Source of the DNA: a virus
Reading direction: 5' to 3' (one strand)
Virus record (IMG/VR): IMGVR_UViG_3300008108_000057
Coordinates: 32,001 to 96,000 of that record
Length of the DNA: 64,000 nucleotides
Positions 51,895-60,739 of the stretch are shown here, one piece after another (positions within the stretch are counted from its first letter, which is position 1; the number at the start of each line of letters is the position of its first letter). The notes below the pieces were generated by a model, which saw only the letters and a program-made list of their open reading frames with translations, was not told the DNA's origin and searched no databases. The position numbers and the translations under genes are program-made.

Positions 51895-52948
51895 ATCTCT
51901 TTACGCAGCATACAACAAGTTTGCAGATTCACCTTTTGCTGAATACAAGAAAAATAACATAGCAGAAGATTTACACAAAGGACATTTGCACATACATGCA
52001 GATGGCTCTTACGTTCAAACTAAAGTAAGTAAATCTTCTCCTATTACTATGTACCAAAACATAACGATTGGAACCAAAACACCAGGTGATTGTGTTATTA
52101 CCAAGCTTCGTGGTACTGACGATTACATTGAAGATGTTTGTAAACAAGCAGAAGGTAATACTTGGTTATATGTTTGGGCTGAAGATAAAACTACCAGAAT
52201 GATTGCACAAAACTACTTTGATTATGTCGGTAGTAAAATTACAACATTTGGAGAAATCTATGGTATCTATTTTAAACAAGGACTAATACCAACAACATTT
52301 CCATTTGTTGACCCAGTAGAAAAGATTGCCATAAAACAGTTGCGTGTTCCTGTTAATTCTGATATTATAGAAAAAATTGCAGCTAGGTTGGAAAACCTAA
52401 ATATTAAATTCCAAAATCATTATAGCAACTACAACAAGAAAAAATCTTGGTCTGCAATATCTCTGCGTGGCTATACACCAGATATTATGCGTATTGAAAA
52501 ACCAGTTGAGATGAGTAAGAAATGGAAAGAGGAACACAAAGATGAAGAATTTTACTTACAAGATACATTCCTTCGCCAGGAGTTTCCAGAAGTTGAGAAA
52601 CTCCTTAGTTTCTTGGGCGATGCGGAATTACATCGTATTAGATTTATGCGCCTTACTCCTGGCGGTGGTGAGCTTACCCGCCATACAGACCAAGTGGATC
52701 CAGATTCTGGTCTTAATATCAATAATTTGTCTAGGTTGCATTTCCCTATCAGAACTAATTCAAAAGTTAAATTCGGGGTCTGGGAACCAACAGGAAATAA
52801 AAAAGAAGTAAACATGAGAGTTGGTGAGTGTTGGGTACTTGATACGAGAAAACCACACACGGTCATCAACGAAGGCGATGAAGATAGAATACATCTAGTT
52901 GTTGATGTAGTGACAGACAAAAATCTTAAAGAGACAATATTATCATGA
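51845..52948 (+). CDS. Two-domain protein: uncharacterised (possibly GNAT-like) N-domain plus AspH-like 2OG-Fe(II) hydroxylase
   Basis: C-domain RIRFMRL.PGG...RHTD...RLHFPI.TN...GECW.LD..KPHTV.N.G..DRIHLVVD (HxD...H, Arg). Confidence 0.75.
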   Translation: MKDWQHGYELDYLKSVESLYAAYNKFADSPFAEYKKNNIAEDLHKGHLHIHADGSYVQTKVSKSSPITMYQNITIGTKTPGDCVITKLRGTDDYIEDVCKQAEGNTWLYVWAEDKTTRMIAQNYFDYVGSKITTFGEIYGIYFKQGLIPTTFPFVDPVEKIAIKQLRVPVNSDIIEKIAARLENLNIKFQNHYSNYNKKKSWSAISLRGYTPDIMRIEKPVEMSKKWKEEHKDEEFYLQDTFLRQEFPEVEKLLSFLGDAELHRIRFMRLTPGGGELTRHTDQVDPDSGLNINNLSRLHFPIRTNSKVKFGVWEPTGNKKEVNMRVGECWVLDTRKPHTVINEGDEDRIHLVVDVVTDKNLKETILS

Positions 52949-54516
52949 AATGGTTTTATGAAAAAAATCGTGAACTATTAGATTCATCAGTCAATAAATA
53001 CTTTGAAGAAGTTCTTTGGATGTCCAAAGACGAATTTCGTCAATGGGTAATTGACCTTCGTAGGACTGTTGTAGATTTGTGGGATAATCATAATCTTCCG
53101 CCAAGAGTTGGCTATGATGAACAAGAAATCATAGAACAATTCAATCAGATGCATTCTTTCCCTGTACATAAGTTTGAAGTAATTGATGAATTGACAGGCG
53201 AAAAAGATGTAATTAGAAACACAAGTGTAGTAGGTAATGCCGTCAATCAATGGTTTCCTACCATGATGAAAACTCGTATTAACTATACGAAAAAAGATGA
53301 TGGTAAATCAATTTACGATTTTTTTGCAAAGGATGAATTACTTGGAACTTTTATCACATACGCTACCCGTCATTTTAAACGTGATTCTTTTTACCATTAT
53401 TCTTCTGTTGCTAAATCGAACCAGCTTGAGTGTTATGGATATCTTCCTGTATCCGATGACGCTGTTATATGGATTACTGAATTCGAGAAGGAGTTTAGGA
53501 AGCAAGAAAAATGGGACTATTGGCTCCAACCAAAAGACATAGACAAAGAGTATACTGGTTACAATGAAGAATTAAAAAATCAAAAATATCTCATTATACA
53601 TAAAGATGATATAGAGAAATTAGATATACCAGAAAAATGTAAAACTAATGTTGATTATAGCAAATCAGAACATTATCAAATTCGTCCATATGAGTTTAAA
53701 CAAAAATTATTTCCAGTTGGACTAAAAGCTTTTCGTGTTTCATTCTGTCAGTATGCTGTAAATTTTCCACCACTAACAGCAAAGTACCTATATGAAAAAT
53801 TTACTCAGCACTTGGTTGGACAACCTACTATCCGCATTTATGATCCTTCTAGTGGTTGGTCTGGGAGGCTTCTCGGTGCTATGTCTGTTCGGGATGACCG
53901 TCATATTCTTTATATTGGGACTGATCCTAACACTGATCATAACACCACTTCTAATCGTACAAAATATCATGAAGTCGCTGATTTCTATCGTAAGAATGTT
54001 AACAAAGGCGGACTCTGGGCAGATGAACACTCCCATACAGAAACAGAAATCTATCAACTAGGATCAGAGGTTATAAGAGATGATCCAAACTTCCAAAAGC
54101 ATAAAGGTAAACTGGATTTGGTCTTTACATCACCACCTTACTTTGCTAAGGAAGCATATTCAGAAGATCCAACACAATCATATAAAAAGTTTGGGCAATA
54201 TCAAGAATGGCGAGAAGGTTTTTTACGACCCACACTTGAAACCGCTGTTGAATGGTTACAGTCTGACCGTTATCTTTTGTGGAATATTGCCGATGCTGTT
54301 TTTGGAGGTGATATGTTACCTCTTGAAGAAGATAGCAGAAAAATTCTAGAAGAACTTGGTATGGTATATAAAGGCAAACTTAAAATGTCTTTAGCTCAAA
54401 TGCCAGGCGGCAATAGAGTTGATACCGAGACTGGTTTACCAAAAGCAAAGAACTTCTGCAAAGTAAATGGTATGTGGTTAAAATACGAACCGGTATTCGT
54501 TTTCTATAAACCTTAA
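52945..54516 (+). CDS. Amino (N4-C or N6-A) DNA methyltransferase-like protein
   Basis: SAM-binding YDPSSGWSGRLLG and catalytic DLVFTSPPYF..E.Y motifs. Confidence 0.8.
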   Translation: MKWFYEKNRELLDSSVNKYFEEVLWMSKDEFRQWVIDLRRTVVDLWDNHNLPPRVGYDEQEIIEQFNQMHSFPVHKFEVIDELTGEKDVIRNTSVVGNAVNQWFPTMMKTRINYTKKDDGKSIYDFFAKDELLGTFITYATRHFKRDSFYHYSSVAKSNQLECYGYLPVSDDAVIWITEFEKEFRKQEKWDYWLQPKDIDKEYTGYNEELKNQKYLIIHKDDIEKLDIPEKCKTNVDYSKSEHYQIRPYEFKQKLFPVGLKAFRVSFCQYAVNFPPLTAKYLYEKFTQHLVGQPTIRIYDPSSGWSGRLLGAMSVRDDRHILYIGTDPNTDHNTTSNRTKYHEVADFYRKNVNKGGLWADEHSHTETEIYQLGSEVIRDDPNFQKHKGKLDLVFTSPPYFAKEAYSEDPTQSYKKFGQYQEWREGFLRPTLETAVEWLQSDRYLLWNIADAVFGGDMLPLEEDSRKILEELGMVYKGKLKMSLAQMPGGNRVDTETGLPKAKNFCKVNGMWLKYEPVFVFYKP

Positions 54517-54533
54517 GTTTACCACTAAAATTC

Positions 54534-54562
54534 TTGACACACACACTACATAATGATATGAT
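54534..54562 (+). promoter_or_regulatory. Sigma70-type promoter
   Basis: TTGACA-17-TATGAT with extended TG. Confidence 0.7.
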
Positions 54563-54627
54563 GTGAAAACTTGCTGATCACGCAAGGCTTTTTTTAACTT
54601 TGTTATTTTTTATTAGGAGATCATGAT

Positions 54628-54900
54628 ATGGCACAAAAGCTATCAGCCAAACAACGTATGTTGAACGCTCTCAAGCAAACTGAAGGCTACAATACTTTCA
54701 CAGTAGCACAAGCACAACGCCGCTTTGGTGTGCAAAATGTTTCTCAGCGTATTGAAGAACTACGCAAGGAAGGTTATTGCATCTATACCAACACAAAAAC
54801 ACTTGACGATGGCAGCAAAGTCAAGTACTACAAAATGGGTACACCTACTCGTAAACTCGTTCAAGCAGCACTCAAAGGTGGATTTAGCTTTGCTAACTAA
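54628..54900 (+). CDS. Small helix-turn-helix DNA-binding protein
   Basis: FT..QA..RFGV.N...RI.ELR..GY.I winged-HTH-like pattern; own promoter, RBS and terminator. Confidence 0.65.
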   Translation: MAQKLSAKQRMLNALKQTEGYNTFTVAQAQRRFGVQNVSQRIEELRKEGYCIYTNTKTLDDGSKVKYYKMGTPTRKLVQAALKGGFSFAN

Positions 54901-54916
54901 TCCCCTATAAAGAAAG

Positions 54917-54949
54917 AAGGAGACTACCAAAAGTAGGTCTCCTTTTTTT
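54917..54949 (+). terminator. Intrinsic terminator
   Basis: AAGGAGACTAC-caaaa-GTAGGTCTCCTT followed by a T-run. Confidence 0.8.
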
Positions 54950-54966
54950 ACACCCATGAGGATAAA

Positions 54967-55863
54967 ATGGAAATTTCAATTAAAACAGAAGAACTAAGAA
55001 AGAAAAGCATATTCATTGCCACACCTATGTATGGTGGTATGAATCATGGAATGTATATGAAAGCATGTCTAGATTTGCAAGGCATGTGTATGCAATATGG
55101 TGTTGCTACTAAGTTTTCATTTCTATTTAATGAATCTTTGATTACAAGAGCAAGAAACTATCTTGTTGATGAATTTCTAAGTCGTTCAGATTGCACACAT
55201 CTACTATTTCTAGACTCAGATATTAATTTTGACCCTAGAGATGTTATTGCATTATTAGCTTTGGATAAAGATGTTATTGGTGGTCCATATCCAAAAAAAG
55301 CTATCAAATGGAAAAACATTAGGACTGGAATGCAAAAACATCCAGAAATGGAACCACAGCAATTAGAAAAACTTGCTGGTGATTTTGTTTTTAATCCTGT
55401 CAAAGGAACAGCACAGTTTAGTGTTACAGAACCACTTGAAGTTATGGAAATTGGTACTGGCTTCATGATGGTGAAACGTGAAGTGTTTGCAAAATTTGCA
55501 GATGCGTATCCACATCTTAATTACAAACCAGATCATGTGGGTCAAGCACACTTTGACGGTTCACGAATGATTCATGCATACTTTGATACTGTAATTGATA
55601 AGGGGTATACATTTGAAGATGCTCATCAATTACTACAGAGAGCAGCAAAAGGAGAAGATGTAGAATCAGAAGCAAAAAAACTTCTAGATAAAGAAAAAGA
55701 GGCATCACATCGTTACTTGTCTGAAGATTACATGTTCTGTCAATGGTGGAGAAACATCGGCGGCAAAATCTATCTATGTCCATGGATGAAAACATCTCAC
55801 ATTGGAACTTATCACTTCCATGGTGATATGCCAGCAATTGCAAACTTTGTTGGAGAAATGTAA
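54967..55863 (+). CDS. GT-A fold glycosyltransferase-like protein
   Basis: IATPMYGG, ESLITRARN, LLFLDSD (DxD), IGTGFMM..R.VF, LSEDY.FC, HIG. Confidence 0.75.
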   Translation: MEISIKTEELRKKSIFIATPMYGGMNHGMYMKACLDLQGMCMQYGVATKFSFLFNESLITRARNYLVDEFLSRSDCTHLLFLDSDINFDPRDVIALLALDKDVIGGPYPKKAIKWKNIRTGMQKHPEMEPQQLEKLAGDFVFNPVKGTAQFSVTEPLEVMEIGTGFMMVKREVFAKFADAYPHLNYKPDHVGQAHFDGSRMIHAYFDTVIDKGYTFEDAHQLLQRAAKGEDVESEAKKLLDKEKEASHRYLSEDYMFCQWWRNIGGKIYLCPWMKTSHIGTYHFHGDMPAIANFVGEM

Positions 55864-56177
55864 TGGGAGAAGGTCGTAAGTTTGATGGAGGTAAACTGGA
55901 GTTTGGTTTACTTCCACCTTTAGCTTTAGAAGAAACCGTAAAGGTTCTTACTTTTGGTGCTCAGAAGTATGAACGAGATAATTGGAAAAAAGTACCTGAT
56001 TCTAAACGCAGATACTTTGATGCAATGGAACGTCATATCTGGGCATGGAAAAAAGGTGAACAACTTGATCCTGAGTCTGGCATACATCACTTGGCACATG
56101 CTATGTGCTGCTTGATGTTTCTGTATGAACATGATATAATGTATTCTGTTGAACTTGATAATGAGGAAACAAAATGA
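55863..56177 (+). CDS. dATP/dGTP diphosphohydrolase-domain protein (DUF5664-like)
   Basis: G.K.D.GK....LLP, VLTFGA.KY...NW, RH..AW..GE..DPESG..HLAHA.C..MFL. Confidence 0.82.
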   Translation: MGEGRKFDGGKLEFGLLPPLALEETVKVLTFGAQKYERDNWKKVPDSKRRYFDAMERHIWAWKKGEQLDPESGIHHLAHAMCCLMFLYEHDIMYSVELDNEETK

Positions 56178-56854
56178 AACTTTCAAATGAAACAATGACA
56201 ATCTTGAAGAACTTTTCTGGCATCAATGCTGGAATTTTATTCAAAAAAGGAAAAACACTCTCCACAGTATCTTCATCTAAAACAGTTTTAGCACAAGCTA
56301 CTCTGCAAGAAGATTTGCCACAAGAGTTTGCTGTTTATGATTTAAATAATTTCCTTTCAGTTCTTTCCTTAGGTAAAGAGAATCCAGAAATTGAATTTGA
56401 TGATAAACACATTATAATCAAATCACTTGGTGGTAGAAGCACAATTAAGTACAGATTTTCAGACAAAAGTATGATTGTAACACCACCCGATAAGCCAGTC
56501 GTTATGCCATCTGAAGATATTTCTTTCACACTCAATGAATCTGACTATGATTGGATTACGAGAACTGCAAACGTACTTCAGTCACCAAACGTTGCTATTG
56601 AAGGAAAGAATGGTAAATTGAAAATTACTGCATTTGATGCAAAAAATGATGCTGCAAATGTGAACTCTGTTGACATTGGTGAAACAGAAAAGGAATTCAT
56701 GTCTGTATTTAAAACCGAGAATCTGAAAATGATTCCTGGAAGTTATGATGTAACGATTTCTTCCAAAGGTATCGCACATTTTAAAAATAAAAAAGATTCC
56801 ATACAATATTGGATAGCAACAGAGAAAGATTCATCAACTTGGACTAAAGGATAA
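56174..56854 (+). CDS. Sliding clamp gp45
   Basis: MKLS..T..ILKNFS.IN, FAVYDLN.FL, ENLKMIPG.Y.V.IS, YWIA.E. Confidence 0.95.
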   Translation: MKLSNETMTILKNFSGINAGILFKKGKTLSTVSSSKTVLAQATLQEDLPQEFAVYDLNNFLSVLSLGKENPEIEFDDKHIIIKSLGGRSTIKYRFSDKSMIVTPPDKPVVMPSEDISFTLNESDYDWITRTANVLQSPNVAIEGKNGKLKITAFDAKNDAANVNSVDIGETEKEFMSVFKTENLKMIPGSYDVTISSKGIAHFKNKKDSIQYWIATEKDSSTWTKG

Positions 56855-56856
56855 TT

Positions 56857-57129
56857 ATGAATAGCAAAATGCTTTTAACTTTTACAGAAATCCTGTCAGG
56901 AGAACCGATAGCTATTAATCCAAATAAGGTTATTTCTGTTTTTACCATAAAACAAAGTGAAGATGTAGAAGAACAACAGTATGTAGGAGAAACTATTATA
57001 GTTTTGGAAGGTAGTAACGTTATTGTTGCAGAACCGTATGATGAAGTTGTAGGTAGACTGAATGGTGAATTGAATAATATGATATCATTTTATGATAGAC
57101 AAAACAGAATTTTTACTGCTAACGTATAA
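56857..57129 (+). CDS. FlbD/SwrD-like small protein
   Basis: L.FT...GEPI.INP..V.....T.I.L....V.V.E..DEVV..L pattern. Confidence 0.45.
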   Translation: MNSKMLLTFTEILSGEPIAINPNKVISVFTIKQSEDVEEQQYVGETIIVLEGSNVIVAEPYDEVVGRLNGELNNMISFYDRQNRIFTANV

Positions 57130-57161
57130 TTTGTTTTGTAATTTTATTATGGAGATTGTGA

Positions 57162-58097
57162 ATGAACGACCAAATACTTTGGGTAGAGAAATATCGCCCT
57201 CGTAAAGTAGAAGATTGTATTCTTCATGAAAGTCTGAAGAAAACTTTTCAAGAGTATGTTGATAGAAAGGAGATCCCAAATCTCCTTCTATCTGGTTCAG
57301 CTGGTGTAGGTAAGACTACAATTGCAAGAGCTTTGTGTGACGAAGTAGGTTGTGATTATATCATCATCAATGGTTCTGACGAATCGGGTATCGATGTTCT
57401 CAGAAACAAAATTAAAAACTATGCTTCATCAGTCAGTCTTACTGGTGGAAGAAAAGTCATCATCATTGATGAAGCAGACTATCTAAATCCAAACTCAACT
57501 CAACCAGCCTTACGTGGTGCGATTGAAGAATTTGCATCTAATTGCTCCTTTATCTTTACCTGCAACTACAAGAATCGCATTATTGATCCGATTCATTCTC
57601 GTTGTGCCGTTATTGACTTCAAGACGAATGGTAGCAAAGCTAAACTAGCTACACAATTCATGAAGCGGGTTGAATGGATTCTAGGTGAAGAAAATATCAC
57701 TTACGATAAAGAAGTTGTTGCCGCAGTTATCACAAAACACTTTCCGGATAATCGTCGTATTCTAAATGAGTTGCAACGATACTCTGCATCAGGAACTATT
57801 GATAAAGGTATTCTATCATCCGTATCTGATATTCAAACAAAAGAACTTATTGTTGCTCTCAAAGAGAAAGACTTTGCTGCTGCTCGTAAGTGGGTAACAA
57901 ACAATCTAGACAATGATCCTGCTCGTATCTATCGTAAACTATACGATAACATGTATGATTATTTGCAGTCTAGTTCTATACCTCCCACCGTATTAGTTTT
58001 GGCTAAGTATCAATATCAAGCAGCCTTTGTCGCAGATCAAGAAATTAATCTGATGGCATGTCTAACTGAAATGATGGTTGAATGTGAATTCTCATGA
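57162..58097 (+). CDS. Clamp loader large subunit gp44
   Basis: LWVEKYRP, GSAGVGKTT, IIDEAD, SRC. Confidence 0.96.
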   Translation: MNDQILWVEKYRPRKVEDCILHESLKKTFQEYVDRKEIPNLLLSGSAGVGKTTIARALCDEVGCDYIIINGSDESGIDVLRNKIKNYASSVSLTGGRKVIIIDEADYLNPNSTQPALRGAIEEFASNCSFIFTCNYKNRIIDPIHSRCAVIDFKTNGSKAKLATQFMKRVEWILGEENITYDKEVVAAVITKHFPDNRRILNELQRYSASGTIDKGILSSVSDIQTKELIVALKEKDFAAARKWVTNNLDNDPARIYRKLYDNMYDYLQSSSIPPTVLVLAKYQYQAAFVADQEINLMACLTEMMVECEFS

Positions 58098-58504
58098 CTA
58101 GAACAAAAAAACTGAAAAATCCTTGGAATCAATTACTAAAAAATGTAATAGGAACTCAAAACTTTAATGCTTGGCATCAAGCAAGAGGAAGTAATCGTCC
58201 AGTTAAAAAAATAGAAATAACAGAACAAGATATAATGAATATTTTTGAGAAACAAAAAGGATTAAGTAAGTGGTTGAACATACCTATTGATCCAATGGAT
58301 GTGTTTAAAAAACATTATCCTTTAGCACCTAGCATAGATAGAATAGATAATAATTTAGGATACACTCCAGAAAATATATGTATAGCAACTAGATTTGAAA
58401 ATTATGGATTTAATAAGTGTTCAGACTCTACTAGACAAGAATGTATAATCAAATTGAGAAATTATACGATATCGAGTAATTTGACGGAGTTCTTCAATGG
58501 CTGA
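58094..58504 (+). CDS. Putative HNH-type (homing) endonuclease
   Basis: PSIDRIDN..GY...NI.......N motif; inserted between gp44 and gp62. Confidence 0.6.
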   Translation: MTRTKKLKNPWNQLLKNVIGTQNFNAWHQARGSNRPVKKIEITEQDIMNIFEKQKGLSKWLNIPIDPMDVFKKHYPLAPSIDRIDNNLGYTPENICIATRFENYGFNKCSDSTRQECIIKLRNYTISSNLTEFFNG

Positions 58505-58886
58505 CATATTTAAAGAAGTTGTTCCATCAATCCTTCAGACTAAGAAAGATGTTCTCTTAGAGGAAAACGATGAAAAAGACTATAACCCATTTATCGTAAA
58601 CCGTGCTTTGTCCTATCATCTTGACTGTGTTCCTTATGTCAATCAGATGAATATTCATAATTTTTTAGATAAAAAGCTACAATATCACTATCTTCTAAAT
58701 ACTATCAGACCTATGAAACGGAAGTTTCAACCGTGGCAGAAGTCAGATGAAGATAAGAATCTTGCTTGTGTGAAAGAGTATTTTGGGTATTCTAACAGCA
58801 AAGCCAAAGAGGCTCTCCGGATCTTATCTGATGAACAAATCGCTTATATAAAAACAAAAACAGATAAAGGCGGAGTGAGGAAATAA
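58497..58886 (+). CDS. Clamp loader small subunit gp62
   Basis: Y.PFIVNR.LS...D, LQY.YLLN.IR..KR...W.K, VKEYFGYS..KA..AL.IL. Confidence 0.93.
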   Translation: MADIFKEVVPSILQTKKDVLLEENDEKDYNPFIVNRALSYHLDCVPYVNQMNIHNFLDKKLQYHYLLNTIRPMKRKFQPWQKSDEDKNLACVKEYFGYSNSKAKEALRILSDEQIAYIKTKTDKGGVRK

Positions 58887-59290
58887 TGATTCGTATAGAA
58901 GATATGGTTGAAGTGACGCTAAATGAGAAAGATGATTTCTTGAAGATTCGTGAAACATTGACTCGTATTGGTGTTGCATCCAAAAAAGAAAAGCTGCTCT
59001 ATCAGTCTTGCCACATACTACACAAACAAGGAAAGTACTATATTGTACATTTCAAAGAATTGTTTGCGTTAGATGGTAAGCCTACGGATATTACGGAGAA
59101 TGATTTGGCACGTAGGAATACGATTGCTTTGCTACTAGAAGATTGGGGACTCCTAAAACTAGTAGATTCTAAGAAAGCAGAGGACCTACAAGTCAGTCTA
59201 TCGCAAATCAAGATTATTGGTTTCCGTGAGAAAGATGATTGGCAACTTGTACCAAAATACAATATTGGCAAGAAAGCAAAAAAAGATTGA
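58886..59290 (+). CDS. regA: Translational repressor RegA
   Basis: DDFLKIRETLTRIG, LYQSCHILHKQG.YYIVHFKELF.LDG, W.LVPKY.IG. Confidence 0.96.
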   Translation: MIRIEDMVEVTLNEKDDFLKIRETLTRIGVASKKEKLLYQSCHILHKQGKYYIVHFKELFALDGKPTDITENDLARRNTIALLLEDWGLLKLVDSKKAEDLQVSLSQIKIIGFREKDDWQLVPKYNIGKKAKKD

Positions 59291-59317
59291 CAGAGAATCC
59301 TTAGTGTGATATAAATA
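59287..59317 (+). promoter_or_regulatory. Overlapping sigma70 and T4 late promoter for hsp20
   Basis: TTGACA(59287)-17-TATAAA(59310), where the -10 box is also the late box TATAAATA. Confidence 0.7.
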
Positions 59318-59319
59318 TG

Positions 59320-59376
59320 ACTGTAGATGCCTTCGGGGTCTACAGTTTATTAACTCGCTTAACTAAGGAGACTTAC
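59320..59376 (+). promoter_or_regulatory. ROSE-like RNA thermometer in the hsp20 5'UTR
   Basis: 5' hairpin with C(UUCG)G loop (59320-59346); 3' hairpin CUC-G-CUU/AAGGAG (59354-59370) sequesters the SD with a bulged G in a UCGCU motif. Confidence 0.7.
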
Positions 59377-59823
59377 ATGACTCTTACCTCACTTTTCCCT
59401 TCCCGTTCCGTTTATGAGCCATTCACTGTTGGTTTTGACAAGCTATTTGACCAACTACAAGATACTGCAAACAATATCGCAAAGAATGCTCCAAACTGGC
59501 CACCATACAATATTAAAAAAGTAAAAGACAATAAGTACGTCATTGAAATGGCAGTTGCTGGCTTTGCTAAATCTGATATTGAAGTTACCGTAGAAGGTAA
59601 CAAGTTGGTGATTAAAGGCGAATCAAACGACAATGAAGCGGAAAACTATATCTTCAAAGGAATTGCAAATCGTGCATTCCAGCGTACCTTTACTATTGCC
59701 GACAAGGTAGAGATTAAAGATGCTGAAATGGTTAACGGAATGCTAAGAGTTTGGTTAGAAAACCTATACCAAACACAAGAAACCGTTAAGAAAATTGCAA
59801 TTAAAGAAGCCGATTCCAAGTAA
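59377..59823 (+). CDS. Small heat-shock protein (Hsp20/IbpA family)
   Basis: GFD.LF, PPYNI, IEMAVAGF, GIA.RAF.R.F, A...NGML; ATG at 59377 after AAGGAG. Confidence 0.93.
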   Translation: MTLTSLFPSRSVYEPFTVGFDKLFDQLQDTANNIAKNAPNWPPYNIKKVKDNKYVIEMAVAGFAKSDIEVTVEGNKLVIKGESNDNEAENYIFKGIANRAFQRTFTIADKVEIKDAEMVNGMLRVWLENLYQTQETVKKIAIKEADSK

Positions 59824-59857
59824 TTGGTAATAATGGTGGGGTGCAATGCCCCACCTC

Positions 59858-59886
59858 TTGACATTTGAGTTTGCCTGTGATATACT
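59858..59886 (+). promoter_or_regulatory. Sigma70-type promoter, preceded by GC hairpin 59835-59855
   Basis: TTGACA-17-TATACT with extended TG. Confidence 0.7.
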
Positions 59887-59895
59887 ACATACACT

Positions 59896-60096
59896 ATGAA
59901 AAAACCTTATCAAAAACCCAAAGAAATCTTACAGAAGGTTCGTAACCGACTTCATATTGATGAGGTCTATTACACCTATTCTCATTGGCCTATAAAGGAC
60001 ATAGACGGTATTGCATTTCTTCCTATCATCAAGGAAGTATCTGAACACCCTAAAGTTTTTTATATGCGTAAAGACAACCTGGAGTATGTCAAATGA
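59896..60096 (+). CDS. Hypothetical protein
   Basis: 66-aa ORF after promoter; 4-nt overlap with the next gene. Confidence 0.5.
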   Translation: MKKPYQKPKEILQKVRNRLHIDEVYYTYSHWPIKDIDGIAFLPIIKEVSEHPKVFYMRKDNLEYVK

Positions 60097-60308
60097 TTCT
60101 GAATAAATTATCACAAGCAATGTACAGCCGTAGAATTTTTAACCCTACGAATAAAAAAGACCTAGCTGCATATGGTTATTTTATTCGTAATAGTAAGTGG
60201 GAAAACGGTTGTCCATTTTGGCTTGAATGGCCATATCAAAGTGTACCTGCTATGATTAAAGATAAAATTGTTCGTAATATGTTTGGTGCTGACGAAAGAC
60301 TAATATGA
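60093..60308 (+). CDS. Hypothetical protein
   Basis: 71-aa ORF, W...CPF.LEWPY motif; ATGA overlap with the next gene. Confidence 0.55.
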   Translation: MILNKLSQAMYSRRIFNPTNKKDLAAYGYFIRNSKWENGCPFWLEWPYQSVPAMIKDKIVRNMFGADERLI

Positions 60309-60577
60309 AAAAATATTTGGTTGAAACTGTGAGTATTTTCCGTCATCGGTATGTTGTTGAAGCCAAAGAAGAAGAACATGCATGTGATGAAGTCGTTTGT
60401 GAACGTGATAATTTAAAAGAATTTTCACAATATCATATTGATGAAAATATCACTTCCGTTCGTGAAATAGATGATGCAGAATATTTGAAGGTCTTTGATA
60501 AAGATAATGAGTATCTCAAAGATTGGGAAGAAGAACGGAAGTTCTCATTTGTCAACAAAATAGATTACAAAGACTAA
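60305..60577 (+). CDS. Hypothetical protein
   Basis: 90-aa ORF, YLVETVS.FR.RYVVEA pattern. Confidence 0.6.
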   Translation: MKKYLVETVSIFRHRYVVEAKEEEHACDEVVCERDNLKEFSQYHIDENITSVREIDDAEYLKVFDKDNEYLKDWEEERKFSFVNKIDYKD

Positions 60578-60652
60578 CTGGCTGTAGTACAATGGATAGT
60601 ACAGTGGCCTTCTAAGCCTCTGATCCAGGTTCGATTCCTGGCAGCCGGACCA
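60578..60652 (+). tRNA. tRNA-Arg(UCU)
   Basis: Cloverleaf; loop CT-TCT-AA; GGTTCGATTCC T arm; encoded CCA. Confidence 0.9.
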
Positions 60653-60656
60653 GTTC

Positions 60657-60733
60657 GGGCCGGAAGCTTAATTGGTATAAGCGTCCGACTCATAATCGGG
60701 GGATAGAGAGTTCGAATCTCTCCCGGCCCACCA
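60657..60733 (+). tRNA. tRNA with CAU anticodon, probably Ile2 (lysidine type)
   Basis: GGGCCGG/CCGGCCC acceptor; CCGACTCATAATCGG anticodon arm resembles ileX-type tRNAs; CCA. Confidence 0.85.
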
Positions 60734-60739
60734 AATAAT

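Noticed and set aside
55863-56177. Evidence for a Z-genome or 7-deazaguanine DNA
   Set aside because: A DUF5664-like gene alone is insufficient; no purZ, dpdA, folE or queC/D/E is recognisable in this window.
59317-59376. N-terminal extension of Hsp20 from ATG 59317
   Set aside because: That ATG overlaps the promoter box; the SD-led ATG is at 59377 and the interval is a structured 5'UTR.
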